From contig NC_068985.1 of NCBI RefSeq assembly GCF_001194135.2, forward strand, positions 36,363,838 to 36,427,241: 63,404 bases of DNA. The letters run 5' to 3'. The notes beneath the pieces were generated by a model that was not told the DNA's origin, ran no database searches, and saw nothing but the letters and a program-made list of their open reading frames with translations. Made by a program: the position numbers and the translations under genes. Positions within the stretch are counted from its first letter, which is position 1; the number at the start of each line of letters is the position of its first letter. This stretch comes from Octopus bimaculoides (taxonomy: Eukaryota). Positions 25,101 through 37,990 of this stretch are shown here, in pieces.

Positions 25101-27367
25101 AAAATGCAGGCATAGAAGTCAAATGTGGAACTTATTCACTGTGTCCAAACCTTTTGGTAATGCATTGCACCTTCCAACACAGTTTGGATTGTGTGTGTGT
25201 ACATATATAACAGCAATTCTCCAGCAGATGGCAGTGCCCAGCATGGCTGTAGCTCTTGAGCTGGAACTAGTGTGGTATAACAGAATATATACCACTCTTA
25301 TACATGTCTATATATGTACACATACATATATGTGTGTGTGTTTTCAGCTAATGTTTTCACTCTGTCTCTACTTCTACACTATTCTCTGTACATTTGCCTA
25401 ACAAATGTACAAAGTGAGAAACTTGGAGTAAGAACAGAGTAAATCAGATTCAAATGAGTAAATAATCTTTACAACTTGTATTGAGTTATCTTACTCCCAT
25501 TTGTACACCCAAACAACCTGTGTGGCTGTGTGGTAAGAATTTTGCTTTCCAACTACATATCCAGGTCCAGGTTCAGTCCTGTTGCATGACACCTTGGGCA
25601 AGTATCTTTTACTATTGCCTCAGGTCGACCAAATCCTTGTGTGTCATTGTGTATGTGTTTGTCCCTGACCACCACTTGACAACTAGTGCTGGTTTGTGTA
25701 TGTCTCCATAACTTAGTAGTTCATCAAAAGAACCCAATAGAATAAGTACCAGACTTTTAAAAATAGTGAGTCCTGTGGCTGACTGAAACAAGTAAAAGGA
25801 AAAAAAGAAAAGTATACACATAGATGGTTGAGTAAGCTCTTCAGTGAAACTTGAAGTGCTAGTCATCTAAAATATTACAATAAATTTGACTTATTAAAGA
25901 AGCTTTAAAAGATAAAATATTATGCATACATGTGCACCTCTGTACATATTTTATAGATAATCACTCATATGTCTAATGTTAGTCTTTACTCATTGCTGTT
26001 ATCTGTTAGCATCATCATCATCATCATCATCGTTTAACGTCCGCTTTCCATGCTAGCATGGGTTGGACGATTTGACTGAGGGCTGGTGAAACCGGATGGC
26101 TACACCAGGCTCCAATCTAATTTGGCAGTTTCTACAGCTGGATGCCTTTCCTAACGCCAACCACTCAGAGAGTGTAGTGGGTGCTTTTACGTGTCACCCG
26201 CACGAGGGCCAGTCAGGCGGTACTGGCAACAGCCACACTCAAAATGGTGTCTTTTATGTACCACCCGCACAAGAGCCAGTCCAGGGGCACTGGCAACGAT
26301 CTCGCTCGAAAATCCTATGAAGGCCAGTCAGGCGGTACTGGCAACATCAATACACAAAATTTGAAAATTTCTACTTAATGAAATGATGAAAGTAAAAATG
26401 CAAAAGAACTTTTTAAAAATTAAGTTTAAGATACATTGATGTATGAGAATATTATTTTCAAGTAAAAACACTCTCATTTTAAAAGCATGTTTAGTAAGAG
26501 AAAAAAAAAACATTTAGAAAACTTAAAAGTATTTACATGAGTTAGCAGAAATTTGTAAATGATGTAATTCTTAAAACATAAGCAATATTTAGTTTTTGTC
26601 TCAGTATTTCATGCAACCATGATGTATCTATATACACCTCAAAAATACAAGATCCTTCACTTATCCTTTAGTTTTATTGTACGTGGAAAGAAATGTTTGT
26701 TAGGAAGAGATAATCTGTTGAAACCTGAAATGATGGTAGTAATACCTTAATTATATTAAGATAACCATCTGAAAAACTGATTGTTAGCAACATTTGATTG
26801 AAAACAAGTTTATTTTTCCATTGATAGAGAGACTTAAAGTTGCAACATTTCCTTAAATCATTTTCAAACCTCCAAATCTATTATTATGAGTCATTGGTAG
26901 CATGTTATTTTGTATAATTTGAATCTTTACTGGCTTTCTTTCTTATCACATGATGCATATTTGAGAAAACTGTAATTGCCATATAATCATTAACTTATTA
27001 ATTAGGTCCTTCTGATGAACAAACTTTATGAACAAACTTGTAAGGTATATTTAAGGGAACAGACATTGCTTTCACACAATGTTTTCTGGGTTTCAATCAA
27101 AAGATGAATGTACATTTGTGAATTATTTGGTTTTCTTATATTGCCAGTAACGACAGTTTCTTACATGAAGAAAAGGTTTTTTTTTTTTAATGTGATTTCA
27201 CATTTGCTATCATTTTAATGTCTATTTTTTCCCTTTACTGCAATAAATTAAATTCAAGAATGTTATTTATATTTTAATTAAAATAATTACAAAGAGCTCC
27301 TTTTTGGAATGAAATGAGCAGTGAGTAACTTGAAAATGTAGTCAAAGATACAAATTGTTTGAAATAC

Positions 27368-27398
<31 letters not shown>

Positions 27399-28829
27399 CA
27401 ATTCAGTTTGTATTTAAGATTTTTTTTTTTTTTTGTTAAATAAAAATGGGAAAAACACTTTGTTCTTTTTTCAAATTTTATGTTTAGAATTTTTTTTTGT
27501 AAATTTAATATTTAATGGAGCCCACAATGTAGTTTTGGTTCCAGTTAAACCTGTTTCACTTCACCTACACAGCTATTGCTCTTGGGAAAAGGCATGATTA
27601 TTTTAATATTCTATTTTTCTTTGTCTATAAAATATTAGCCTTTTGTTTAGTGATAAATATTTATATTTACTATAATTGAAATTTTGAACTAATTTTGATT
27701 CACAGTGGAAGAAACTTATGCATGTTGCTAATACTTCTGGAAAGAAGAGGATCTTCACAGGTCTATCAATATAAGGTCTTGTGCTCAATAGAAATAAATG
27801 ACTATTTAAAGTAACGTAGTTGACAAGCTAGCAGAAACTGCCGAATGTTGAACTATAGTGATATCTTCTGATTTCAGATTCTGTTCAGGTAGAATTCCTT
27901 TATCATCTCTGCAGATGTTTGTTCAAATAAATACCACTATTACATTAGGAACAATTCAATCAGCTGCATTTTGTCTCCTACACATAAAATATCTTTGTGT
28001 TTAAGTAATAAAGCAATATTCTGAGTAAAGGTACAATTGGACAAGACAATGTATGTCAGATTAAATGCATTATAAAATTTATTGAAATTCCACTGAAATC
28101 AACAATCTTATAATATAGATCCCAGTAATGTATTGGTGTCAGTTTGGTCAACAATATTGTTCTCTTTGAAAACAGATTGTGTGCTTAGATGGAAAAGAAA
28201 GAAATATATACAATAAAAGATAATGATTTCCTTCATATAGGGGTCTTTTCTGTCAGTCAAGGTTGAGCACGTATCTGCATGTGTGTGTGTAGGCCTGGGC
28301 AAGGTTTTTTGAGAAAAACTAGCAGCTACCCATGCATGCAACTCTCTCCACTCCATATTACTGATGTTTACCTAAGGGAAAGGCGTCTGATTTGGGTGGA
28401 TACAGCTTGGCATCATTGTCATCTCGGGTTTTATTGTCAGAATACAAAGGCTTGAACAAATTCTTTATGGCATCTCACCTGACCTCCAATAGTTCTACGA
28501 ATACACTACCCTAGATTGGTAATTTCTATTGATCCTGAAATGATGGCAGGCAAAGCTGACCTTGGTAGACAGAGCAAATACTGTGAAACATTTTATCCAC
28601 TGCTCTAATGACTTTATTCATATGCCACCTTTATTTCCTTTCATGAATATAATTTTTCACATTTGCATAAAGCCACAAATTTGTAAGCTAGGAGCTGTCA
28701 TTTAAATCAATTTCAGTATAGGCCTGGTATTTAATTTTTTTCTAATGCTCCTGGAATAGTGAAAAAAAGCCACTGTCAACCCTAGTTAGATTTTTTTTAA
28801 ATATGTTTTTATAAATGGTTTTGTTTTAG

Positions 28830-29340
28830 AGAAGTTTATGTCCATGGCCTTCCCAGACCAACCAAGACCACTAAGATCAATGTGACTAATATTGTTCTTG
28901 AAAATCTGCATGTAAAACCCTGAGTACAAAGTTAATTCCAGAAAACAAAGATTGGGCATAGTGGTTAGTCCTGGATGTGTGTGATAAATGGACACAATAT
29001 TGGTGGAGGGTATGAAACAAGCCGACTTCAAGGAACAGAGGCCACTAGTACCTGTAGAAAAGGCATATTTGGGCCAGATGTTGGAGTGTTTTGGGGACTT
29101 CACACAGCTCCTTCCAGGTATAAGAACAGTATTCACTTGTGGGTCTTGCAGGACCTTTGTCAAGGGCTAAAAGATATGAGATCACTAAGAGAGATCTTCA
29201 TTGATGTTGAGGCCTACTATTTAAATTGGAAGATGAAGGATGAACCTAAATGCTGTGAGGCCTTTGGTCTATTGCTTCTCAGTTTCTACCACCCAACTAC
29301 ACTAGAGTAACAAATGATACGATCCAAGACAGAAAATGAA
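28830..29340 (+). mobile_element. Possible old LINE ORF1-like coding relic
   Basis: GC-richer island with broken frames REVYVHGLPRP.. and ..YLGQMLECFGDF..GIRTVFTCGS.. that loosely resemble Tx1/L1 ORF1; no splice-consistent gene found. Confidence 0.25.
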
Positions 29341-30251
29341 ATCAGTTTTTTCAAAATATAAGCCCTGAAGTAACAAAACTTGTTCAGTTCCTGTTATTAA
29401 TTTGTTGCCTTATTTACTTGTTGGTATATAGATGGAAGCCTCTATGCATATTATGGAACAATGAAGGTAGCAGAATGAACTTATGAATATTAAAAAAAGG
29501 ATAAAATTTTTTTTGAAGTTCAACAAGTGGAGACCTTGTTTAAAAATTTAGAAAGGTTCTTGTAGGTCTTAGTGGAAAAAAAATTAAATCAAACTTAAGT
29601 ATCATTAGTCTATATGGCAGCATCTTAACTCAAAAGAAGTTTGGGTTACAATAATAAAGAAATCTCTTATAAATTCTGTGATGCACGTTGAATCAATAGA
29701 ACTTATGTATGTTAAAACAATATTTAAGCATTATGAAGCAGTTAGCAGAAAGAACTTTCAAATATCAGAAACAAAACGACTAAGTGGAGATGCTATTACA
29801 GCAAGAAAGTAGAGACACCGTTGCATAATTTAGACAACTTGAAACTGTTACATTAAGCATTAATTAAACAAAGAAAACAACAGAATGAATTTTCAAAGAC
29901 AGAAAATAAACAAATTACTCTAGCTCGTGTTGAATGGTTTAGAAAGTAAATCTTATGAAGTGGAACAAATTCAATAGCTTCAAACACTTGTGTTACAAGA
30001 AAAGTATATGTATAAAGACAGTGTATTATTTATATATTATTATGTGAATAAACATTTGAGACTCATAAGTTTATTTCTATATCAAATAAAATCAATATCA
30101 ATGTATATTGTAAAAAAAAAAAATAGTACTGGGGTTAATATTTTATCACTAATTTGGCAACTACAGTGAAGTCTATGCTTTGCCTACAAGGTCATGAAAC
30201 TAAAATATTTTTAGAGTTGTCTCCCATATTTGACAAAATAATTGAAATAAT

Positions 30252-31102
30252 GTTAATTCTCTAAATGAAGTATTAACAGTAACTGCACGATAAAGTGTAG
30301 TATATTGCCACTTAAGTGTGGCTGNNNNNNNNNNNNNNNNNNNNNNNNNNNNNNNNNNNNNNNNNNNNNNNNNNNNNNNNNNNNNNNNNNNNNNNNNNNN
30401 NNNNNNNNNNNNNNNNNNNNNNNNNNNNNNNNNNNNNNNNNNNNNNNNNNNNNNNNNNNNNNNNNNNNNNNNNNNNNNNNNNNNNNNNNNNNNNNNNNNN
30501 NNNNNNNNNNNNNNNNNNNNNNNNNNNNNNNNNNNNNNNNNNNNNNNNNNNNNNNNNNNNNNNNNNNNNNNNNNNNNNNNNNNNNNNNNNNNNNNNNNNN
30601 NNNNNNNNNNNNNNNNNNNNNNNNNNNNNNNNNNNNNNNNNNNNNNNNNNNNNNNNNNNNNNNNNNNNNNNNNNNNNNNNNNNNNNNNNNNNNNNNNNNN
30701 NNNNNNNNNNNNNNNNNNNNNNNNNNNNNNNNNNNNNNNAAGTGGCAATATACTACACTTTATCGTGCAGTTACTGTTAATACTTCATTTAGAGAATTAA
30801 CATTGCTTGTTTTCACCTTTTCGATATCAGTGAAGAATTTCACTGGAAAAGTAGATATAAGATTGCCAGGTTTTTGTCTCTCTCGCCAAGGTCAGTAGCT
30901 ATCGAACGCCGACGAAGGGAAATAACCCTGAAATCCGGATACGTTCGTGCTGCAGATCATGGTGAGAGGGATAACTTCCCTTGGCAAACAGGACACAGTC
31001 GTGTGTCGATAAGCCAGCTGGAGGAGATGTCCTCCTGGGGCTAAAAGCAACAGTAACATCCACCCCTAGGGGTCAGCCACACTTAAGTGGCAATATACTA
31101 CA
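30252..31102 (+). mobile_element. Retrozyme/Penelope-like non-autonomous element: 5' inverted arm, gap, ~345-nt tandem unit with hammerhead
   Basis: TSD (a)attgaaataat at 30240-30251 and 31102-31113. 30249-30313 is the exact reverse complement of 30740-30804. aagtggcaatatactaca repeats at 30740 and 31085 (period 345). Hammerhead at 30903-30947. Confidence 0.75.
30903..30947 (+). ncRNA. Minimal type I hammerhead ribozyme motif (U4C core variant)
   Basis: CGAACG-CCGACGA-AGGG(AAAUAA)CCCU-GAA-AUCCGGAU-A/CGUUCG: helix I 6 bp, helix II 4 bp, palindromic helix III, predicted cleavage after A30941. Confidence 0.75.
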
Positions 31103-34100
31103 ATTGAAATAATATTATACAGACATAGTTTTTTTTTTTATCACCACATAAATAATTCTAGTTAACTTTTTAATTCTGTCTGTTAACACTAACTTAACTT
31201 GTAATGCAGTTTTGCATGATATTCAAAGCTCAATACTTCATTTGTTATTCCACTGAAAATTCTGACTACAATATTTGTCGCAAATCAGCTTGGTTGACCT
31301 TATCTCTTTTTCAAACTATATGTATGAGGAAATTTTAACTGTACATACACATACTAAATAAAGGTACATGACTTAGTGGTTAGAATGTTGATCTTACAAT
31401 CTTAAGGTAATTGGTTGAGTTTGTGGACCAGGCAACACATTGCATCCTTGTGCAAGGCACTTTATTTCATGTTGCTTTTGTCTACCCAGTTAAAATTGAG
31501 TATCAATTGACTGCTGGTACAACCCACTCCCCATCCAGCTGTCAGATCCTTGATTTTCTGCTGGCTCAGTGATGAGAAGGCTGAGGAGGCATCATGGCTA
31601 CATAAACACTTAAAACAACCAGCAAAAATATAGTATAAGTTACCAGATCATACATATCTGTGAGTGATGTAAACATTTTTTTGCCACTGTTTATTCATTG
31701 TTTGGTGATCTGAGCCACTAAGAGTTTAGCATTTTGGCCATGAGTACACTGCAATGACCAGATCAGAGTTTCATTCTTCAATCCAACGCACTATTAACCC
31801 TTCCACTAACTCGTGTGTAATTCTGAAAATTCAGGTAAAATTGATATTTTTTAATTCAAATAATTTAGTCAGAAGAAGGAGAACTGCACCCTTGACCCTT
31901 TTCAGTACTTTGTTGATTGGTATGAAGAAATCACACTTGAGGTTTGGCCTAAATGCTTGCAACAGAATGGTCAGCAATTAAGGTTGTCAAAAACCAGGTA
32001 GTGAATGGGCAACAGATTAAGTCTACCATTCAAAAACATAAGTGATCCTCAGATGATATTTGATACAATTTATATCTACTATGTTAGAGAAAGTCCTCCA
32101 GAGCTATGCAATTAAAAGAAGAATTTTTATGAAGATGAGAGATCAATAAATCATGGATGATGAAAAGTAGAGTAAAATGTATTGTAATGGTAGTCACTTT
32201 TAAGTTTATCTCTACAGATTTTCTATAGAATTTAGAGCCAGCACCAAAAATTGTGACATTTAGTACATGAGTATGTCTACGTAAACAATGTGAATAAAGA
32301 AAGGAAAAATTGGTAAAGGTGGTAAATGCATATTTCAAGAGTTATTGCTCCTTCTTCAGCACCAAATCCAACCCATTAACCATCCATGAACACATTGCTT
32401 AAATACCCACTAAGGTTAGTGGTGTAACAGTATTGGATAGGCCAATTTGTAGAGATAAGCTTAAAAGGGATTGTATTGTACTGCTATCACAAAAGTAGTA
32501 CTTAGAAACCTGTAATATACTTGGTAGCATAGTATAGTTGCAAAATGAAATACAGTGTCCCTACCAGCAATTAATATGTAATGGTAGTTGGAAAGGCATA
32601 AGAATGCAAAGGGATGACAGATTGATGATGAGCATATGTATGGTAGTTAAGTCAGAACAGAAGGTTACATACTCATAACTAGTCAGGGTGTTGAAGTTGT
32701 AAAAGAATAAGACCATCAAGAGCTAACTAAAGAAGTCTCTATATGATTGCTCAAATTGCTAAAAATAGCAACAAAATTCCCCCCATATTATATCTTACTG
32801 TATTAAGAAAAGAAGCACACACTGTGTAAGGTTGTTGTTGATATACACTATCTTAGTAAAAGAAGGCTTACTTTAAAAAAAGAGTCTATTATTGGAGCTG
32901 TGTCTGTTACAATAGAAAATAGCTATAGAGTTTGTTTTGTACATGACTTGAATAAGACTATCAAGCAATATCTATTGACTACTAACTGAATTTTTCATAG
33001 GAATTTTGTTTCATAAGAAGTGTATTAGTATCATGTAGTGTGAAAATACTAGTGTTATACCTAAGTTGAAGCAGTTGACTGTATTCCATCTAATTATGGA
33101 ATAAGATATTATGTAAAAACAAATTACAGTTCTTAATGATATTACTGAGGCACAAGGCTACATATTTATGGAGTGTATGATAACAGATTCTTCAAAAATA
33201 TTAGATGAAAAGACTAATTTCTGGGCAGTTATATATCATATTTTCTGATGGTACTGCATAAATAAAACAAAAGAGTCAGAGAGACTGAAAGATACTTAAT
33301 TAGCTGTCTACAATAACATACTCATCCACATACACTCATACAGGTATATCTGTGTGGTTAAGAAGTTTGCTTCCCAACATCAATTCTAGGTTCAACTCCC
33401 TGCATAATCTGTTAGGGAGGTGTCTTCTGCTATAGCATCATGTTGACAAAGACTTGCGAGTGGATGTCATAGACTGAAAGTAAAAGAGGCGTCGTGTGTG
33501 TGTGTGTGTGTTTGTCTTTTTGTCGTGTCATGGCATGATAGTTATTAATGAATGTCACTGTCTTATGAGCAGTGTCCTTCATTTTCAATATTGTGCAAGA
33601 ACATGTCTGACCATGGGGAAATATTACCTTGCTTGGAAACATGTAAAGGTTTGTGACATGAAGGGGATCTGGCTATAGAAAATCTACCTCCTTAAGCTCT
33701 ATCAAACTCATGCAAGCGTGGAAAAGTGGATTTCAGAATAATGATTATAATGATATATATATGTGTGTGTGTGTGTATCATCATCGTCATTTAGCACCTG
33801 CTTTCCATGCTGGCATGGGTTAGACGGTTTAACTGCAGCTGGTAAGCCAAAGAGCTGAACCAGGTGCTAGTCTGATTTTGCTTTGGTTTCTGTGGTTGGA
33901 TGCCCTTCCTAACACCAACCACTCCAAGAGTGTAGAAGGTGTCTTCAACAAGTCACTGGCGCAGGTGCTTTTACATGTCACCGACATGGGTGCTTTTATG
34001 TGTCACCGACATGGGTTGTATTACGTGTCACTAATACAGGTGCTGTTACATGTCACTGATACATGCCCCAACTATGGTTTCACTTGATGAGTCTTCTCAA

Positions 34101-36289
34101 GTACATCAAATCGCCAAAGGTTTTAATCACTTGCTTATTGCCTCCATGAGACTTAACTTTCAAAGATCATGCTTTGCCCTGTTGCACATAAAAAGCACCA
34201 TTCGAGCATGGTTGATGCTAGTGCCACCTGACTGGCTCCCATGCTGGTGGCACAGGAAAAGCACCATTTGAATGTGGTCGATGCCAGTGCCTTTTGACTG
34301 GCTCCCATGCCAGTGAGATATAAAAAGCACCCACTACACTCTCAGAGTTGTTGGCATTAGGAACAGCATCCAGCTGTAGAAACTTTGCCAGATCCTCCTG
34401 GCTTGCCAGTTCTTGATCAAACCCATGTTAGCATGGTAAGTGGACATTAAACGATGATGATGATGATGATAATGATGAGTAAGATGTTAAGAAGCATAAT
34501 GCTTAGAAATATAAAGTGAAGGATTTCTGTAGTCCTATTTGTGAGTAAAAGTACATAGAGTACCTTAACTCAGAAGTAGAGCAAGTGTACCATACATTTT
34601 ACCTGTTTTACATTACTTACATCTACTTATTGTTACAATTAACATTGGTTTTGGCACATTGGTTTTGGCACAAGGCCAGCAAGTTTTGGGGCATGGTGTG
34701 AATTGATTACATTGGTCCCAGTGCTTGACTGGTACTTATTTTATTAACCCAGAAGGATGCAAGACAAAGTCAACTGTAGTAAAATTTGAACCCAGAATGT
34801 AAAGATAGATGAAATGCCACTAAGCATTTTGCCTGGCATGCTAACAAATCTGGTAGTTTACTGCTTTAAATTGCTACTCTTAATATAAATTGCATAATTG
34901 TTTTGTAGAGTAAACTTTAGTTTTCTTGAAAATTATCAACTATTCATAATTAATACTTTTAAGTCAGTATAGTGAGCCAAACAATTATAATTGAGACTTC
35001 TGTTTTAATTAAATAATTGTGAAAAGGGAAACTTTAGTCCAATCCTTAAATCTGATAAAGACAGATAGGGATGATAGCACTAAATTCTCAATTAATTAAA
35101 ATAATTAATGTAGTAAGGGGGAAGAAAACATCATATTGCTTGTTCTGGATTGGCTGTGGAAAAAGCAAAAAGAAAAACAAGTAACGCTAGTTAGGTAAGT
35201 AAAAAATGTTGCAACATGATTTTACAGTTAGTAGCAGTGATTTGATATCTCAACCATGAGATAATCGATCAGACACCATGAGTGAACCACTACAGTTTTA
35301 CATGATCAGTCTATTAAGCAATCAAACAGTGTGAAGCTGTTGTGTGATTTTGTTTTCTTGTATGTTCTTTCTTGTACCCTATAGAAGACTGTTATGCTGT
35401 TCAATTAGTCGCAAAATGCTGCTGGAAACTGAGTGACATTCGTTTCCCTTCTTGCCAAGCTGAGTATAACTTTGGACATGTTAAGGTCCTATTAGTCCTT
35501 CTCAGCAAAGTATAACCATGTTTGCACTTGTCAAACTGTGACAAGAAAATCAGTACATAAATGTACAATAATGTACATGAATTGGCATGGCATCATATCA
35601 TAACATCCGTATAAAAAAAAACCCCCAGAAAACGCAAAAAAGAGGAAAGATCGAAAAGCATTTAAGTTAGTGTGAAAATACTTAAGATATATTTAAATAT
35701 TAGGTTTGGGGCTAATGTTTTCTTTCGTCCACTGTTTGCGCAATTCTAATTTTGTCGACTTAACTTAGATGTTTATAGCAAGGGAAGGAAACAAAGATCG
35801 TGTTCACAAACGAAAAAATTCTTTTTATGACAATGATAGATGTTGAAATGTTTTGAACCTATCATTGAAGAACTGATATTCCTCATTATAGGAAAAAAGG
35901 GAATGAAGTTATATTTATGAAATTTTAACGGTGATTATTCAAAGTAAGTTAAGCAATTTGGTTTCAACACGAAATTTCTCTCTTCGAGTTACTATTGTTA
36001 AACGTAATATTGTTAAGCATAACAGTAGCTAAGAGACAGGGGTAGATAACTGATCGGTACAGAAATTCTAAAATGCAGGGGCAATAACCAATTGAAACAA
36101 TACCTACGAAGTAATGAATCTTATCGCTGAGCAGTCAACTCAATGTAGGTCAGTTTACAATTTTATTAATTCATAAAAGTTATGTATTTCAAAAAGCACA
36201 TAATAAATTAATAAAAAATATATTACTTCAATACAAACTGAAATTAATGTGATAGATATTTCTAGTCAAATGATAACCCATAGCATCTT

Positions 36290-36394
36290 CACTTCGGAGC
36301 TAGCTTCCGGTTTCAGTGCTGCCCCATGCTATTTCGGTTAGAACTGTTATTGGCGGTGGATCTGTATTGATTCTGTGGAACGTGATCGGAAAAG
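36290..36394 (+). promoter_or_regulatory. Putative API5 core promoter/5' UTR with ETS-type site
   Basis: cttccggt at 36304-36311 (reverse complement ACCGGAAG) about 90 nt upstream of the ATG; locally more CpG than the flanks. TSS not determined. Confidence 0.35.
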
Positions 36395-36460
36395 ATGGTC
36401 ACTGTTGAACAGCTATATAAAGATTTCGGTGTGCTACAGGATGCATCAAATAAATCTGAG
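36395..36460 (+). CDS. API5: API5 exon 1 (MVTVEQLYKDFGVLQDASNKSE)
   Basis: ATG at 36395, gag/gtatgt donor; aligns to human MPTVEELYRNYGILADA. Confidence 0.9.
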
Positions 36461-37639
36461 GTATGTGTTTCTTAAAAAATTTTTATCAGCCCATTCACAG
36501 AATTACAACTTTTGACACGAGGTATCGTGACCAAAGTAAACCAACAAAAATACAAAGTACCGAAGAGTTTCGAAGCATGTTTGTTATTTGTATCAATTCA
36601 TTGCTGACTTTTTATGAATCATATTCTAATCATTGTTAGGATAGAGAAAACAGTGGTGTAGCTATTAGCGACCCAAACATGCGTAATTGTTTATCTAGAA
36701 ACACGGCAGTTTCTATTGTATATCAGACTCGTAGTCTTGTCCCTTTAGTTGTGACAATGTCTCTTAGGAAGGTAATTCAGATCTGTTGGAAGACTGTTTA
36801 AATATTTTTGTTTTTCTTTTTTTTTTTAAATATATTTTAGAGTTAACACGACTTTTAAATTCAGTCGGGATTTTATATACAGTCGTGTATTGTTGATCAT
36901 TAAGTCCGTGATCATTGATGATATGATGAGTAATGGACGAGAGTGTGGAACATTGACTATGGCCATATCTAGTTACTAGTGGGCAACTTCATCTAATGGG
37001 GACTGCAGTATACATTGGTCAAACTAACCTTTTAGGAAAAGCTCACCTTATGTTTAAGTAGTATATGAAAATCAGATCTAAGAAAAGCTGATTTTTGGGA
37101 TGCATTTAGCTGCTGTTAATTTTGTTTTGTTTAACATAAATTTGAGTTCTTAACTAAAAATGTGCATAGTTTTTATTTCTGTTATCATCAGACTAACAAC
37201 TAAATGGAAATATGATATTATTTTGATTTAGAAAATCAAGTTTTCATTAATGTAGGATATTATTATCAATGACATAAGGGACATAACTCTATTTTTGTTG
37301 ACAAATTTTATAGATATGTCATTTGAAACTGCTGTGCACTACTTGAAGTAGTGAATATTTTGTAGTTATACAGTTTATTAGTTTTTAGTTTGCAGTATCA
37401 CAATAGCTTTTATTTTTCTACTTTGAAGTAGTTTGGACAGACATAAGTAACAATATATTTTAATGCAGTCTTAAACGCTGTTCCATCTCTAAGGGAAGTT
37501 TAATTTCCTTAGAATTCATCTAAATATGCCGTTTTCGATATTCTTAGTCTATCTGCATCCACCACTTCTTATTCACACTTATGTGTTCTTGTGAATCACC
37601 TTGGAAATTTTGGATTTAGACTAAGGTGATATGTACCTC

Positions 37640-37990
37640 TGCTATTGGAGAGACCTGTGCGGAACCAAATATACTTGTCCAAAGGACCGGACTTGCTATT
37701 ATGAATTGTTTTGTGTATCTTGGCAATTCTGTCTTCAGGGATGGATCAACTTGAGGACTGAAAAGGATTCTATTGCGTTTGGGACATGGGAAAGCTATTA
37801 TGGTCAGATAGGGGTTTGAAACTGTCTGCCAAATTTTGCATCATCACATCCCAGCTATACTCATCTGAGACATGGACGATGACACATTTAAATATTTGAG
37901 AAATTTAACCAGATGTGTCTAAGATATATTCAGCATCATTTGGAAATCTTTTACACCTGTTAAAAGTACTGGGAAAGGTAGATAATGTCC
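37640..37990 (+). mobile_element. RTE/BovB-like LINE RT C-terminal relic
   Basis: Broken frames SIAFG.., WSDRGLKLSAKF..LYSSETWT..FNQMCLRYIQ. Confidence 0.6.

Noticed and set aside
21532-28100. Very long ZIP 3' UTR
   Set aside because: Several AATAAA hexamers occur in this AT-rich DNA; the transcript end cannot be determined from sequence alone.
28786-29163. Minus-strand ORF with YHTHP, resembling a JAMM/MPN metalloprotease motif
   Set aside because: The required S-x-x-D after HxH is absent (PNLCF), there is no supporting exon structure, and the opposite strand looks more like a retroelement relic.
31865-32000. Exon-like open frame SQKKENCTLDPFQYFVDWYEE...
   Set aside because: It contains a motif (gcttgcaacagaatgg) also seen near 2610 and 54325, so it is a dispersed repeat; no partner exons found.
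32200-32280. Minus-strand exon-like segment HTHVLNVTIFGAGSKFYRKSVEINLK with a plausible acceptor
   Set aside because: Weak donor, no recognisable homology and no neighbouring exons.
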